Source: the human T2T-CHM13v2.0 reference genome, Homo sapiens. Taken from it: a stretch of 64,000 bases of DNA. Made by a program: the position numbers and the translations under genes. Positions 30,446-45,300 of the stretch are shown here, one piece after another (positions within the stretch are counted from its first letter, which is position 1; each line of letters begins with the position of its first letter). Under the pieces are notes generated by a model. That model was not told the origin of the DNA. It did no database searches and worked only from the letters and a program-made list of their open reading frames with translations. Location: assembly GCF_009914755.1 (NCBI RefSeq), contig NC_060926.1. The stretch is one strand, 5' to 3'.

Positions 30446-32181
30446 CATTCCATTTCATTCTATGCCATTCCATTCGATTCTATTCCATTCGACTCCATTC
30501 CATTCCATTCCGTTCCTTCTGATTCCATTCCATTCTATACCTTTCCATTCCATTCCATTGCAGTCATTTCCATTCCATTCGAGTCCATTCCACTCCAGTC
30601 CATTCTATTCAAGTCCACTCCATTCCAGTCCATTCCATTCTATTCCATTGCGTTCGATCCATTCCATTCCATTCGATGCCATTCCATTCGATTACACTCC
30701 ATTCCTTTCCATTGCATTCCATTCCATTCCATTCCATTGCATTCCATTCCATTCCATTTGATTGTATTCCATTCGAATCCATTCCATTGGAATCAATTAC
30801 ATTGCAATCCATTACATTAGAGTCCGTTCTATTCCATTCCATCAAATTCAGTTCCATTCCATTCGATTCCATTCCATACTATTGCATTCCATTCGATTCC
30901 ATTCTATTCGAATAAATACCATTCGAGACCATTCCTTTTGAGTCAATTATATTTGAGTCCATTCCATCCCACTCCATTACATTTGGGTCCATTCCACTCC
31001 ATTCCAATCCATTCCATTCGATGAAATTCCATTCGATTCTATTCCATTCGAATCCATTCCATTCAAGTCCATTCCATTCCGTTCCATTCCATTCCATTCC
31101 ATTCCATTCCATTCCATTCCATTCCATTCGAAGTCATTTCATTCGACTCTATGCCATTTGACTCCATTCCATTCCATTCCGTTCCATCAGATTCCATTCC
31201 ATTCTATTCCTTTCCTTTCCATTCCATTCCATTCCATTCCATTCGTTTCCATTCCATTCCGTTCCATTCCATTCCATTCCATTCGTTTCCCTTCCATTCG
31301 AGCCATTCCACTCCAGTCCACTACATTCCATTCGTTTCCATTCCATTCGAGTCAATTCCACTCTAGTCCATTCCATTCGAGTCCATTCCATTCCATTCTA
31401 TTCCTTTCGAGTCCATTCCATTGAATTCCACTCCATTCGATATCTTTCCATTACACTTCTTTCCATTCTGTTCCTTTCAATTCCATTCAATTCCATTCCA
31501 TTTGATGCCATTCCATTCAATTTCATTCCAGTCGACTCCATTCCATTCGAGTCCATTTCATTCCATTCCATTACTTTCCATTCCATTTGATTCCAATCCT
31601 TTATATTCCATTTGGTTCAAGTCCATTCCATTCGACTCCATTCCATTCCAGTCAATTGCATTCGATCCCATTCCATTTGATTCCATTCCACTCGATTCCA
31701 CTCCATTCCTTTCCACTGCATTCCATTCTATTCCATTTCATTGCACTCAATTCCATCCCACTTGATTACATTCCATTCGCTTCCATTCCAATTGAAACAA
31801 TTAAATTGCAATCAATTACATTCGAGTCCGTTCTATTCCAGTCCATTCCATTCCACTGCAGTCCATTTCATTTAATTCCATTCCATACTATTGCATTTCA
31901 TTCGAATCCATTCTATTTGAATAAATTCCATTCGAGACCATTCCATTCAAGTCCACTCTATTTGAGTCCATTCCATTCGAGTCCATTACATTTGGGTCCA
32001 TTCCACTCCATTCCAACCCATTCCTTTCAATTCCATTCCATTCCATTCGATGCCATTCCATTCCATTCTATTCCACTTGAGTGCATTACATTCAAGACTA
32101 TACCATTCCATTGCATTCCATTCCATTCAAGGCCATTCCATTAGATTCTATTCCATTTGACTCCATTCCATTCCATTCCAT

Positions 32182-35100
32182 TCCTTCCGATTCCATTCCA
32201 TTCTATTCCTTAGCATTCCATTCCATTGCATTCCATTCGAGTACATTCCACTCCAGGCCATTCCATTCGAGTCCATTCCATTCCAGTATATTCCATTCGA
32301 GTCCATTCCATTTCACTCCGTTCGAGGACTTTCCATTACAGTCCATTCCATTATATTCCCTTCAATTCCATTCAATTCCATTCTACTTGTTTCTATTCCA
32401 TTTGATTCCATTCCATTCGATTCCATTCCGATTGAGTCCATTCCATCCAATTCCATTCCATTCCATTCCATTCCATTCCGTTCAGTTCGATTCCAATCCG
32501 TTTGATTCCATTTTGTTCCAGTCCATTCCATTCGAGTCCATTCCAATCCACTCCATTCCATTCGATTCCATTCCATTCGATTCCATTCCACTCGATTCCA
32601 CTCTATTCCATTCCATTGAATTCCATTCTTTCCATTCCATTGCATTTTATACTATTAAATTACATTGCGTTCCATTGCATTCCACTTGATTACATTCCAT
32701 TCGATTCCAATCCATTCGAATCAATTACATTGCAATCCATTACATTCGAGTCTGTTCTATTGCAGTCCATTCCATTCTGGTCCATTCCATTCAATTCCAT
32801 TCCATTTGACTCCATTACATAGTATTGCATTCCATTCGAATCCATTCTATTCAAATCAATTCCATTTGAGAACATTCCATTCGAGTCCATTACATTTCGT
32901 TCCGTTCCATTCCATTCCATTCTATGCCATTCCATTCGATTCTATTCCATTCGAGTCCATTCCCATCGAGTCAATTCCATTCCATTCTGTTCAATACCAT
33001 TCCATTTGATTTTATTCCATTCGACTCCACTCCATTCCATTCCGTTCGGTTAGATTCCATTCAATTCTATTCCTTGCCGTTCCATTCCATTCCGTTCCAT
33101 TCCATTCCATTCGTTTCCATTCCATTGGAATCCACTCCACTCAAGTTCATTCCATTCAAGACCATTCCATTCGAGTCCATTCCATTCCATTCGATATCTT
33201 TCCATTACACTTCAATCCATTCTATTCCTTTCAATTCCATTCAATTCCATTCCATTCGATTCCATTACCTTCGATTCCATTCAATTCCATTCCATTCGAT
33301 TCCATTCCATTCGACTCTGTTCCATTCGATTCCATTCCATTCCATTCTGTTCCGTTAGATTCCAATCAGTTCGATTCCATTTTCTTCTGGTCCATTCCCT
33401 TCGAGTCCATTCCATTCCAGTCCAATCCATTAGATTCCATTCCATTCAATTCCATTCCATTTCACTCGATTCCACTCCGTTCCATTCCGTTGCATTCCAT
33501 TCTATTCCATTCCATTGTTTTCCATTCCATTCCATTTGATTACATTCCATTCGATTCCATTCCATTCGAATCAATTACATTGCAATCCATTACATTCACG
33601 TCCGTTCTATTCCACTCCATTGAATTCCAGTCCATTCCATTTGATTCCATTCCATTCGATTCCGTTCCATACTATTGCATTCCATTCGTTTCCATTGCGT
33701 TCGAATCAATTCCATTCGACACCATTCCTTTCGAGTCCATTCTATTTGAGTCCATTCCATTCGAGTCCATTACATTTGGATCCATTCCTTTCCATTCCAT
33801 TCTTTTCATTCGAATCAATTCCATTCGACACCATTCCTTTCGAGTCCATTCTATTTGAGTCCATTCCATTCGAGTCCATTACATTTGGATCCATTCCTTT
33901 CCATTCCATTCCATTCCATTCGATGCCATTCCATTCAATTCTATTCCACTTGAGCGCATTCCATTTGAGTCCATTCCATTCCCCTCCATTCTTTTCGATG
34001 CCATTCCATTGGATTCTATTCCATTCGATTCCATTCCATTTCATTCCATTCCATCAGATTCCATTCAATTCTATTCCTTTACATTTCATTCCATTAGGTT
34101 CCATTTCGTTCCATTCCATTCCATTCGTTTCCATTCCAATCGAGTCCATTCCACTCCAGTTCATTCCGTTTGAGACCATTCCATTTGAGTCCTTTCCATT
34201 CGAGTCCAATCCATTCCATTCCATTCCATTCAATATCTTTCCATTACACTCCATTCCTTTCTATTCCTTTCGATTCCATTCAATTCCATTCCATTCCATT
34301 CCATTCGACTGCCTTCCATTCGACTCTGTTCCATTCGAGTCCATTCCATTCCATTCCATTCCGTCCTGTTCGATTCCATTATGCTCTTGTCCATTCCATT
34401 CAATTCCATTCGATTCCAGTCCATTCCATTTAACTCCATTCCATTCAAGTCCGCTTCATTTCATTACTTCCATTCCATTCCATTCCATTCCGATTGATTC
34501 CAATCCGTTCCATTCCATTTTGTTCCATTTCATTCCATTCGAGTCCATTCCATTCTAGTCCATTCTATTACATTGCATTCGAGTCCATTCCATTCCAATC
34601 CATTCCATTACATTGCATTCGAGTCCATTCCACTCCATGCTATTCCATCTGAGTCCATTCCATTCCATCCCATTCGAGACCATTCCCTTCCTTTAAATTC
34701 CACTCCATTTAACTCGGGTTCATTCCGTTGAATTCCACTGGAGTCAATTCCATTACATTCCTTTCAAGTCTATTCCATTGCATTCCATTATATTCAATTC
34801 CATTCCATTCCATTCCATTCCATTCCATTCGAGTCTATTCCATTTCATTCTATTCCATTGGATTCCTTTCCATTCCATTCCATTAGAGTCCATTCCATTA
34901 ATTTCCATTGTAATCCATTCAAGTCCTTTCTTTCCATTCCATTCCATTCATTTCCATCCCATTCCTTTCAAGTCCATTCCATTCCATTCCACTGTACTCC
35001 ATTCAAGTGCATTCCATTCCATACCATTCCATTCCATTCTAGTCCAATCCATTCCATTCCATTCCATTCCATTCCATTCCATTCCATTCCATTCCATTCC

Positions 35101-38100
35101 CTTCGGGTCCATTGATTTCCTTTCCATTCGAATGCATTCCGTTCCATTCTAGTCTATTCGATTCCATTACAATCCACTCGATTCCATTCCATTCCATTCC
35201 ATTCCATTCCATTCCATTCCATTCCATTCCATTCTATTCCATTCCATTCCATTGCTTTCCCTTCCATTCCAATCGGGATGAGTCCATCGCACTCCATTTG
35301 AGTCCATTCCATTCCATTCGGGTTGATTCCATTCCAGTTCATTCCAGTACGTTTCATCACATTCCATCCTTATCGTGTCCATTCCATTCCAATCCATTCC
35401 ACTCCATTCGAGTCCATTGCATTCCATTACAATAAATTCCATTCCATTCCATTCGGTTCCATGATTTTCCATTCCATTCCATTCAATCCTTACCATTCGA
35501 GTCTATTCAATTCCATTCGATTCCATTAAATTCCGTTAAATTCGAGTCCGTTCCATTCCATTATATTCTGGTCAATTCCTTTTGATTCCATATGAGTCCA
35601 TTCCATTCCATTCCATTCCATTCGAGACCATTCCATTCCATTCCACATGAGTCCACTCCATTCCATTCCATTCCTTTCCATTCAAGCTCATTCCGTTCCA
35701 TTCCATTCAGGTCCATTCCATACCTATCCTTTCGAATCCATTCCATTCTTATCCTTCCGATTCCATTCCATTCTATTCCTTAGCATTCCATTCCATTGCA
35801 TTCCATTCGAGTACATTCCACTCCAGGCCATTCCATTCGAGTCCATTCCATTCCAGTATATTCCATTCGAGTCCATTCCATTTCACTCCGTTCGAGGACT
35901 TTCCATTACAGTCCATTCCATTATATTCCCTTCAATTCCATTCAATTCCATTCTACTTGTTTCTATTCCATTTGATTCCATTCCATTCGATTCCATTCCG
36001 ATTGAGTCCATTCCATCCAATTCCATTCCATTCCATTCCATTCCATTCCGTTCAGTTCGATTCCAATCCGTTTGATTCCATTTTGTTCCAGTCCATTCCA
36101 TTCGAGTCCATTCCAATCCACTCCATTCCATTCGATTCCATTCCATTCGATTCCATTCCACTCGATTCCACTCTATTCCATTCCATTGAATTCCATTCTT
36201 TCCATTCCATTGCATTTTATACTATTAAATTACATTGCGTTCCATTGCATTCCACTTGATTACATTCCATTCGATTCCAATCCATTCGAATCAATTACAT
36301 TGCAATCCATTACATTCGAGTCTGTTCTATTGCAGTCCATTCCATTCTGGTCCATTCCATTCAATTCCATTCCATTTGACTCCATTACATAGTATTGCAT
36401 TCCATTCGAATCCATTCTATTCAAATCAATTCCATTTGAGAACATTCCATTCGAGTCCATTACATTTCGTTCCGTTCCATTCCATTCCATTCTATGCCAT
36501 TCCATTCGATTCTATTCCATTCGAGTCCATTCCCATCGAGTCAATTCCATTCCATTCTGTTCAATACCATTCCATTTGATTTTATTCCATTCGACTCCAC
36601 TCCATTCCATTCCGTTCGGTTAGATTCCATTCAATTCTATTCCTTGCCGTTCCATTCCATTCCGTTCCATTCCATTCCATTCGTTTCCATTCCATTGGAA
36701 TCCACTCCACTCAAGTTCATTCCATTCAAGACCATTCCATTCGAGTCCATTCCATTCCATTCGATATCTTTCCATTACACTTCAATCCATTCTATTCCTT
36801 TCAATTCCATTCAATTCCATTCCATTCGATTCCATTACCTTCGATTCCATTCAATTCCATTCCATTCGATTCCATTCCATTCGACTCTGTTCCATTCGAT
36901 TCCATTCCATTCCATTCTGTTCCGTTAGATTCCAATCAGTTCGATTCCATTTTCTTCTGGTCCATTCCCTTCGAGTCCATTCCATTCCAGTCCAATCCAT
37001 TAGATTCCATTCCATTCAATTCCATTCCATTTCACTCGATTCCACTCCGTTCCATTCCGTTGCATTCCATTCTATTCCATTCCATTGTTTTCCATTCCAT
37101 TCCATTTGATTACATTCCATTCGATTCCATTCCATTCGAATCAATTACATTGCAATCCATTACATTCACGTCCGTTCTATTCCACTCCATTGAATTCCAG
37201 TCCATTCCATTTGATTCCATTCCATTCGATTCCGTTCCATACTATTGCATTCCATTCGTTTCCATTGCGTTCGAATCAATTCCATTCGACACCATTCCTT
37301 TCGAGTCCATTCTATTTGAGTCCATTCCATTCGAGTCCATTACATTTGGATCCATTCCTTTCCATTCCATTCTTTTCATTCGAATCAATTCCATTCGACA
37401 CCATTCCTTTCGAGTCCATTCTATTTGAGTCCATTCCATTCGAGTCCATTACATTTGGATCCATTCCTTTCCATTCCATTCCATTCCATTCGATGCCATT
37501 CCATTCAATTCTATTCCACTTGAGCGCATTCCATTTGAGTCCATTCCATTCCCCTCCATTCTTTTCGATGCCATTCCATTGGATTCTATTCCATTCGATT
37601 CCATTCCATTTCATTCCATTCCATCAGATTCCATTCAATTCTATTCCTTTACATTTCATTCCATTAGGTTCCATTTCGTTCCATTCCATTCCATTCGTTT
37701 CCATTCCAATCGAGTCCATTCCACTCCAGTTCATTCCGTTTGAGACCATTCCATTTGAGTCCTTTCCATTCGAGTCCAATCCATTCCATTCCATTCCATT
37801 CAATATCTTTCCATTACACTCCATTCCTTTCTATTCCTTTCGATTCCATTCAATTCCATTCCATTCCATTCCATTCGACTGCCTTCCATTCGACTCTGTT
37901 CCATTCGAGTCCATTCCATTCCATTCCATTCCGTCCTGTTCGATTCCATTATGCTCTTGTCCATTCCATTCAATTCCATTCGATTCCAGTCCATTCCATT
38001 TAACTCCATTCCATTCAAGTCCGCTTCATTTCATTACTTCCATTCCATTCCATTCCATTCCGATTGATTCCAATCCGTTCCATTCCATTTTGTTCCATTT

Positions 38101-39331
38101 CATTCCATTCGAGTCCATTCCATTCTAGTCCATTCTATTACATTGCATTCGAGTCCATTCCATTCCAATCCATTCCATTACATTGCATTCGAGTCCATTC
38201 CACTCCATGCTATTCCATCTGAGTCCATTCCATTCCATCCCATTCGAGACCATTCCCTTCCTTTAAATTCCACTCCATTTAACTCGGGTTCATTCCGTTG
38301 AATTCCACTGGAGTCAATTCCATTACATTCCTTTCAAGTCTATTCCATTGCATTCCATTATATTCAATTCCATTCCATTCCATTCCATTCCATTCCATTC
38401 GAGTCTATTCCATTTCATTCTATTCCATTGGATTCCTTTCCATTCCATTCCATTAGAGTCCATTCCATTAATTTCCATTGTAATCCATTCAAGTCCTTTC
38501 TTTCCATTCCATTCCATTCATTTCCATCCCATTCCTTTCAAGTCCATTCCATTCCATTCCACTGTACTCCATTCAAGTGCATTCCATTCCATACCATTCC
38601 ATTCCATTCTAGTCCAATCCATTCCATTCCATTCCATTCCATTCCATTCCATTCCATTCCATTCCATTCCCTTCGGGTCCATTGATTTCCTTTCCATTCG
38701 AATGCATTCCGTTCCATTCTAGTCTATTCGATTCCATTACAATCCACTCGATTCCATTCCATTCCATTCCATTCCATTCCATTCCATTCCATTCCATTCC
38801 ATTCCATTCTATTCCATTCCATTCCATTGCTTTCCCTTCCATTCCAATCGGGATGAGTCCATCGCACTCCATTCGAGTCCATTCCATTCCATTCGGGTTG
38901 ATTCCATTCCAGTTCATTCCAGTACGTTTCATCACATTCCATCCTTATCGTGTCCATTCCATTCCAATCCATTCCACTCCATTCGAGTCCATTGCATTCC
39001 ATTACAATAAATTCCATTCCATTCCATTCGGTTCCATGATTTTCCATTCCATTCCATTCAATCCTTACCATTCGAGTCTATTCAATTCCATTCGATTCCA
39101 TTAAATTCCGTTAAATTCGAGTCCGTTCCATTCCATTATATTCTGGTCAATTCCTTTTGATTCCATATGAGTCCATTCCATTCCATTCCATTCCATTCGA
39201 GACCATTCCATTCCATTCCACATGAGTCCACTCCATTCCATTCCATTCCTTTCCATTCAAGCTCATTCCGTTCCATTCCATTCAGGTCCATTCCATACCT
39301 ATCCTTTCGAATCCATTCCATTCTTATCCTT
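32182..39331. repeat. Near-identical tandem duplication, unit 3570/3575 bp (copy 1 32182-35751; copy 2 35752-39326)
   Basis: Identical ORF-track translations at offset 3570 (e.g. 33515..34558 = 37085..38128). The offset becomes 3575 after one extra ATTCC. TCCTT microhomology at the junction. Confidence 0.95.
33700..33911. repeat. 109-bp tandem duplication nested in the 3.57-kb unit (repeated at 37270-37481)
   Basis: TCGAATCAATTCCATTCGACACCATTCCTTTCGAG...ACATTTGGATCC begins at 33701 and at 33810. Confidence 0.9.
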
Positions 39332-42300
39332 TCGAATCCATTCCATTCCATTCCTTCCCATTCGAGTCGAGTGTTTTCAATTCCATTCCATGACATACGG
39401 GTCCATTCCATTCGTGTCCATTATATTCCATTCCATTCGAGTCCACCAGATTGCATTCCATCCCATTTGAGTCCACACCACTCCATTCCACTTGAGTCCA
39501 TTCCGTTCCATTCCATTCCAATCGGGTCCATTCCATTCCATTCCATTCGAGTCCACTACGTTCCGTTTCATTACATTCGAGTCCTTGCCATTCCATTCCA
39601 CTCGATTCATTTCCATTCCATTCCATTTACATCCATTCCATTCCATTGGATTGCATTCCATTCAATTACATTTCAGTCCATTCCATTCCATTCCATTCCA
39701 TTCCATTCCATTCTTTTGAGGCCATTTAATGCTTTTCCATACTATTCAAATCCATTCCATTCCATTCCATTCCTTCCCATTCCATTCAAGTACTTTCGTT
39801 TCTATTCCATTCCATTCGAGTCGGTTTCATTCCATTACAGTCCATTCTTTTCAAGTCCATTTCACACCGTTATTATCCATTCGACTCAAATCCATTCCAT
39901 TCCGTTCCAGTCCATTAAAATCCATTCCACTCCATTCCATTCGAGTCCATTCCCTACCAATACATTGCACTCAAGTCCATCCCATTCCATCCAAGTCCAT
40001 TACATTCCATTTCATTCGATTCCATTCTATTTCCTTCCATTCTATTCCATTCAATTCCATTACATTTCATTCCATTCAAATCCATTCCATTGCCTTCCAT
40101 TCTATTCCATTCAGTTCCATTGCATTCCATTCCATTTCATTCCATTCAAATCCATTCCATTGCCTTCCATTCTATTCCATTCATTTCCATTCCAATCCAT
40201 TCCATTTCCTTCCATTCAATTCCATTGTAGTTCATTCCATTCCATTGCATTCCATTCAATTCATGTCCATTCCATTCCACTCCATTCCATTTCATTCCTC
40301 TCCATTCCATTCCATTCCATTCCATTCCATTCGGATCAACTCAATTCTTTCCTTTCGAGTCCATTCCATTCCATTCCAATCCATTGCATGCCATTCAAGT
40401 TCATTCCACTGCCTTCCATTTCATTCTAATCATTGCAATTAATTCCATTCTATTCCACTTGAGTTGATTCCATTACATTCCATTCCATTCGGGTCCATTC
40501 CATTTCATTTGAACTCATTCCGTTCCATTCCATTCCTTTCGAGTCCTTTTCATTCCATTCCATCCCATTCCATTCTTTCCATTCTATTGCATTCCCTTCC
40601 ATTCCATTCCATTTCATTCTTTTTGAGTCCATTTTACTCAACTGCATTCAATTCGAGTCCATTGCATTCCATTCCATTCCATTTCATTCCTTACCATTCC
40701 ATTCCATTCCATTCCATTCTATTACATTCCTTTCCATTCGTGTCTATTCCAATCCATTCCATTCCATTCGAGTCCATTCCTCTGCATTCAGTCTCATTCG
40801 AGTCCATTCAATTCCATTCGAATCCTTTCCATTCCCCTTCACTCGATGGCATTCTATTCCATTCCATTTCATTCAAATCCATTCCAATTCATTTGGGTCC
40901 ATTCCGTTCTATAACCTTCTGTTCGATTCCATTCCATTCCATTGCACTGCTTTCGGGTCCATTCAATTCCACTGCATTCTATTTGAATCCATTCCATTCC
41001 ATTCCATTCCATTCCATTCCACTCCATTCCATTGAACTTGAGTCCATTCCATTCCATTCCATTCGAGTCCATTCCATTCCATTTCTTCCCATTAGATTCC
41101 TGTCCATTCTATTCCTTTCCATTCGAGACCGTTCCATTCCATTCCATCCCATTCGAGTCCATTCCATTCCATTCCCTTCCATTCCATTCCATTCGAGCCC
41201 ATTGAATTACTTTCCATTATATTCAAGTCAATTCCATGTCATACCGTTCCTTTCGAGTCCGCTTCATTCCATTCAATTCCATTGCATTTGAGTTTATTCC
41301 ATTCAATTTTATTTCACTCTATTTGATTCCATTCAATTCCTTTCATTCCATTGGAGTCCATTCCATTCAATTACATTTCAGTATATTCCATTCAATACCA
41401 TTCGCGTCCATTCAATTCCATTCCATTAGAGTCCATTCCTTTCTATTCCATTCTGGTCAATTGCATTCCATTCCATTCGAATCGATTCCACTCCATTACA
41501 TTCGAGTCCATTCCTTTATATTCCACTCAAATCCATTGCATTCCTTTCGACTCCATTCCATTCCACTTTATTCGAGTCCATTCCATTCCTTTCCATTCTA
41601 TGTCATTCAAGTCCATTCCTTTCCATTCAACATGAGTCCATTTCATTCCATTCCGTTTGACCCCATTCCATTCCATTCCATTAAATTCGAGTCTATTCCA
41701 TTCCATTCGAGTCCTTTCCATTCCCTTCCATTCTCTTCCATTCGAGTCCTTTCCATTCCCTTCGATTCTCTTCCATTCAAGTCCAATCCATTCCATTCCA
41801 TTCCAATCCATACCTTTCCATTCAATTCCATTCCAATTAATTCCATTCCATTCCAATTCATTCCATTCCATTCCATTTAATTCCATTCCATTCAATTCGA
41901 GTCCATTCCATTCCTTTCTGTTCCATTAGATTCTTGTCCATTCTATTCCTTTCCATTCGAGACTGTTCCATTCCATTCCATCCCATTTGAGTCCATTCCA
42001 TTGCATTCTATTCCATTCCATTCCATTCCATTCCATTCTTTGCCATTCCATTCCATTCCATTCTATCCCATTCTATTTGAGTACTTTCCGTTCCCTTCTA
42101 TTACATTCGATTCCATTCCCTTCCATTCCATTCCATTTGAGTCCATTGAATTACTTTCCATTTCATTACAGTCAATTCCATGTCATTCCGTTCCTTTTGA
42201 GTCCACTTCATTCCATTCAATTCCATTGCATTTGAGTTTATTCCATTCAATTTAATTTCATTCTATTTGATTCCATTCAATTCGTTTCATTCCATTGGAG

Positions 42301-45300
42301 TCCATTCCATTCAATTACATTTCAGTATATTCCATTCAATTCCATTCCGTTAGAGTCCATTCCTTTCTATTCCATTCTGGTCAATTGCATTCCATTCCAT
42401 TCGAATCCATTCCACTCCATTCCATTCGAGTCCATTCCATTATATTCCACTCAAATCCATTGCATTCTTTTTGACTCCATTCCATTCCACTTTATTCGAG
42501 TCCATTCCATTCCTTTCCATTCTATGTCATTCAAGTCCATTCCTTTCCATTCAACTTGAGTCCATTTCATTCCATTCCGTTTGACTCCATTCCATTCCAT
42601 TCCATTAAATTCGAGTCCATTCCGTTCCATTCGAGTCCTTTCCATTCCCTTCCATTCTCTTCCATTCGAGTCCTTTCCATTCCCTTCGATTCTCTTCCAT
42701 TCAAGTCCATTCCATTCCATTCCATTCCATTCCATTCCAGTTCATTCCTTTCCATTCAATTCCATTCCATTCCATTCCATTCCATTCCATTCGAGTCCAT
42801 TCCATTCCATTCTATTCCATACCATTCGAGTCCATTCCATTTAATTCCAATCCATTCGAGCACATTTCATTCCATTGAATTCCATTCCAGTAGAGTTAAT
42901 TCCATTCCATTACATTCCATTCCGGTCGAGTCCATTCAATGCCATTCCATTCCATTAGAGTCCCTTCATTCAATGGTATTCCATTTGAGTCCATTCCGTT
43001 CCATTACATTTGAGTCCATTCCATTCAAACCAATTCCACTGCAGTACATTCTACTCCATTCCATTCCCTTTGTTTCGATTCCATTCCAATCCATTTCATT
43101 TCAGCAAAATTCATTGCATTCCATTTGAGAACATTCCATTCCCTTCCATTGGTGTACCTTCCATTCATTTCCAATCAAGTCAATTCAATTCTATTCAATT
43201 AGAGTCCATTCCATTCCATTCCATTCCATTCCATTGCATTCCATCCCATTGCTTTTGTTTCCATTCAATTTATTTCCTTTCCATTCGACTACATTCCTTT
43301 CCATTCTATTCAAGTCCATTCCATTCATTCTATCCCACTGCTTTTGAGTCCAATCAATTGCATTCCATTCCATTCGAGTCCATTATATTCCACTAGAGTC
43401 CATTCCATTGCATTACATTCCATTCGAGTCTCTTACGTTCTATTCCATTCGAATCCATTCCATTCAAATCCATTAAAGTCCGTTCCATTAAATACCATTG
43501 TATTCCATTCGAGTCCATTACATTTCATTTCGTTCCGTTCATGTCCATTCCATTCGTGTCCACTCCATTTCATTCCAAACCATTTGTGCACATTTCATTC
43601 CATTGCATTCCATTCCAATCGAGTTCATTCCATTCCCGTACATTATATTCCATTCGAGTACATTGAATGTCATTCCATTCCATTCGAGTTCATTCCATTC
43701 AATGGTATTCCTTTTGAGTCCATTCCATTCAATTACATTTGAATCCATTCCATTCAAAGCAATTCCACTCCAGTCCATTCTATTCCATTCCAGTCCATTC
43801 GTTTCTATTCCATTCATTTCAATTCCATTTGAACAAATTTCATTCCATTCCATTCCATCAGTGTCCATCCCATTCCATTCCATTCCATTCCATTCCATTC
43901 CATTCCATTCCATGAGTCCATTCCATTCAATTCCATTCGAGTGAATTCCATTCTTCTATTCCATTTGAGTCCATTCCATTGCATTCCATTCCATTCGAAT
44001 CCATTCCGTTCCATTCCATTAGAGTCCATTCCATTGCATTCCATCTCACTGCTTTTGATTCCATTCAATTTATTTCCTTTCCATTGGACTCCATTCCATT
44101 CCATTCGATTCCATTACATTGCATTTCATCCCACTGCTTTCAAGACTACTCAATTTCATTACATTACACTCGAGTGCATTCCATTCCATTCCATTCGAGT
44201 ACATTCCATTGCATTCCATTTCGTTCGAGTCTATTCAATACTATTCCATTTCAGGCCATTCCATTCCATTCCATTAGAGTCCGTTCCATTAAATTCCATT
44301 AAATTCCATTCGAGTCCATTCCACTAAATTCCATTATATTCCATTCGAGTCAATTACATTCCATTTCGTTCCATTCATGTCCATTCCATTCCTTTCAAGT
44401 CCATTCCATTGCATTCCTTTCCATTCCTTTCTATTCCATTCAATTCCATTCGTGTCCATTCCATTTGAGTCCATTCCATTGCATTGCATTCCATTCGAGT
44501 CTATTCCATTCTATTTCATTCGAGTCCATTCCACTCCATTCCATTAAGGTCCGTCCCTTTAAATTTCATTGTATTAAATTCATGTCAATTCCATTCCATT
44601 TCATTCCATTCCATTCATTTCCATTCCATTCCATTCAAGTACATTCCATTCCATTCCTTTCAAGACCACTCGAATCCTTTCCATTCTGTTCCCTTCAAGT
44701 CAATTCCAATCCATTATATTCCATTGAAGTCCATTCCATTCCATACCTTTCAATTCCATTCCGTTCCATTCCATTCGGGTGGATTAAATTCCATTCCATT
44801 AGAGTCCATTCCATTCTATTCCATTCGGGTGGATTCCATTCCATTCCATTCCAGTACAATCCATTTCATTCCATCCCTTTCGAGTCCATTCCATTCCAAA
44901 CCATTCCATTACATTCGATTCCATTACATACCATTCCATTAAATTCCATTTCATTCCGTTCAGTTCATTTAGTTTCCATTCCATTCCACACCATTCCGTT
45001 CCATTCGAGTACATTCGTTTCCACGTGGTTCCATTAAATTTCATTAAATTAGAGTCCATTCCATTTCATTCCATTAAAATTATATCCTGGTCCATTACTC
45101 TCCATTCCATTTGAGTCCATTCCATTACATCCATTCCATTCGAGACCATTCCTTTCCATTCCACTCAAGTCCATTCCTTTCCATTCCATTCATTTCCATT
45201 CCATTCCATTCCATTTCATTCCATTCCATTCGATTCGGGTCCATTCCATTCCTATCCTTTCGAATCCATTCCATTGCATTCCTACTGATTAGAGTCCATT

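Noticed and set aside
32182-39331. Assignment to Y-chromosome DYZ1 on the basis of the 3.57-kb unit length
   Set aside because: There are only two copies, the unit spans two sequence layers, and I recognise no DYZ1-specific sequence. Length alone is insufficient.
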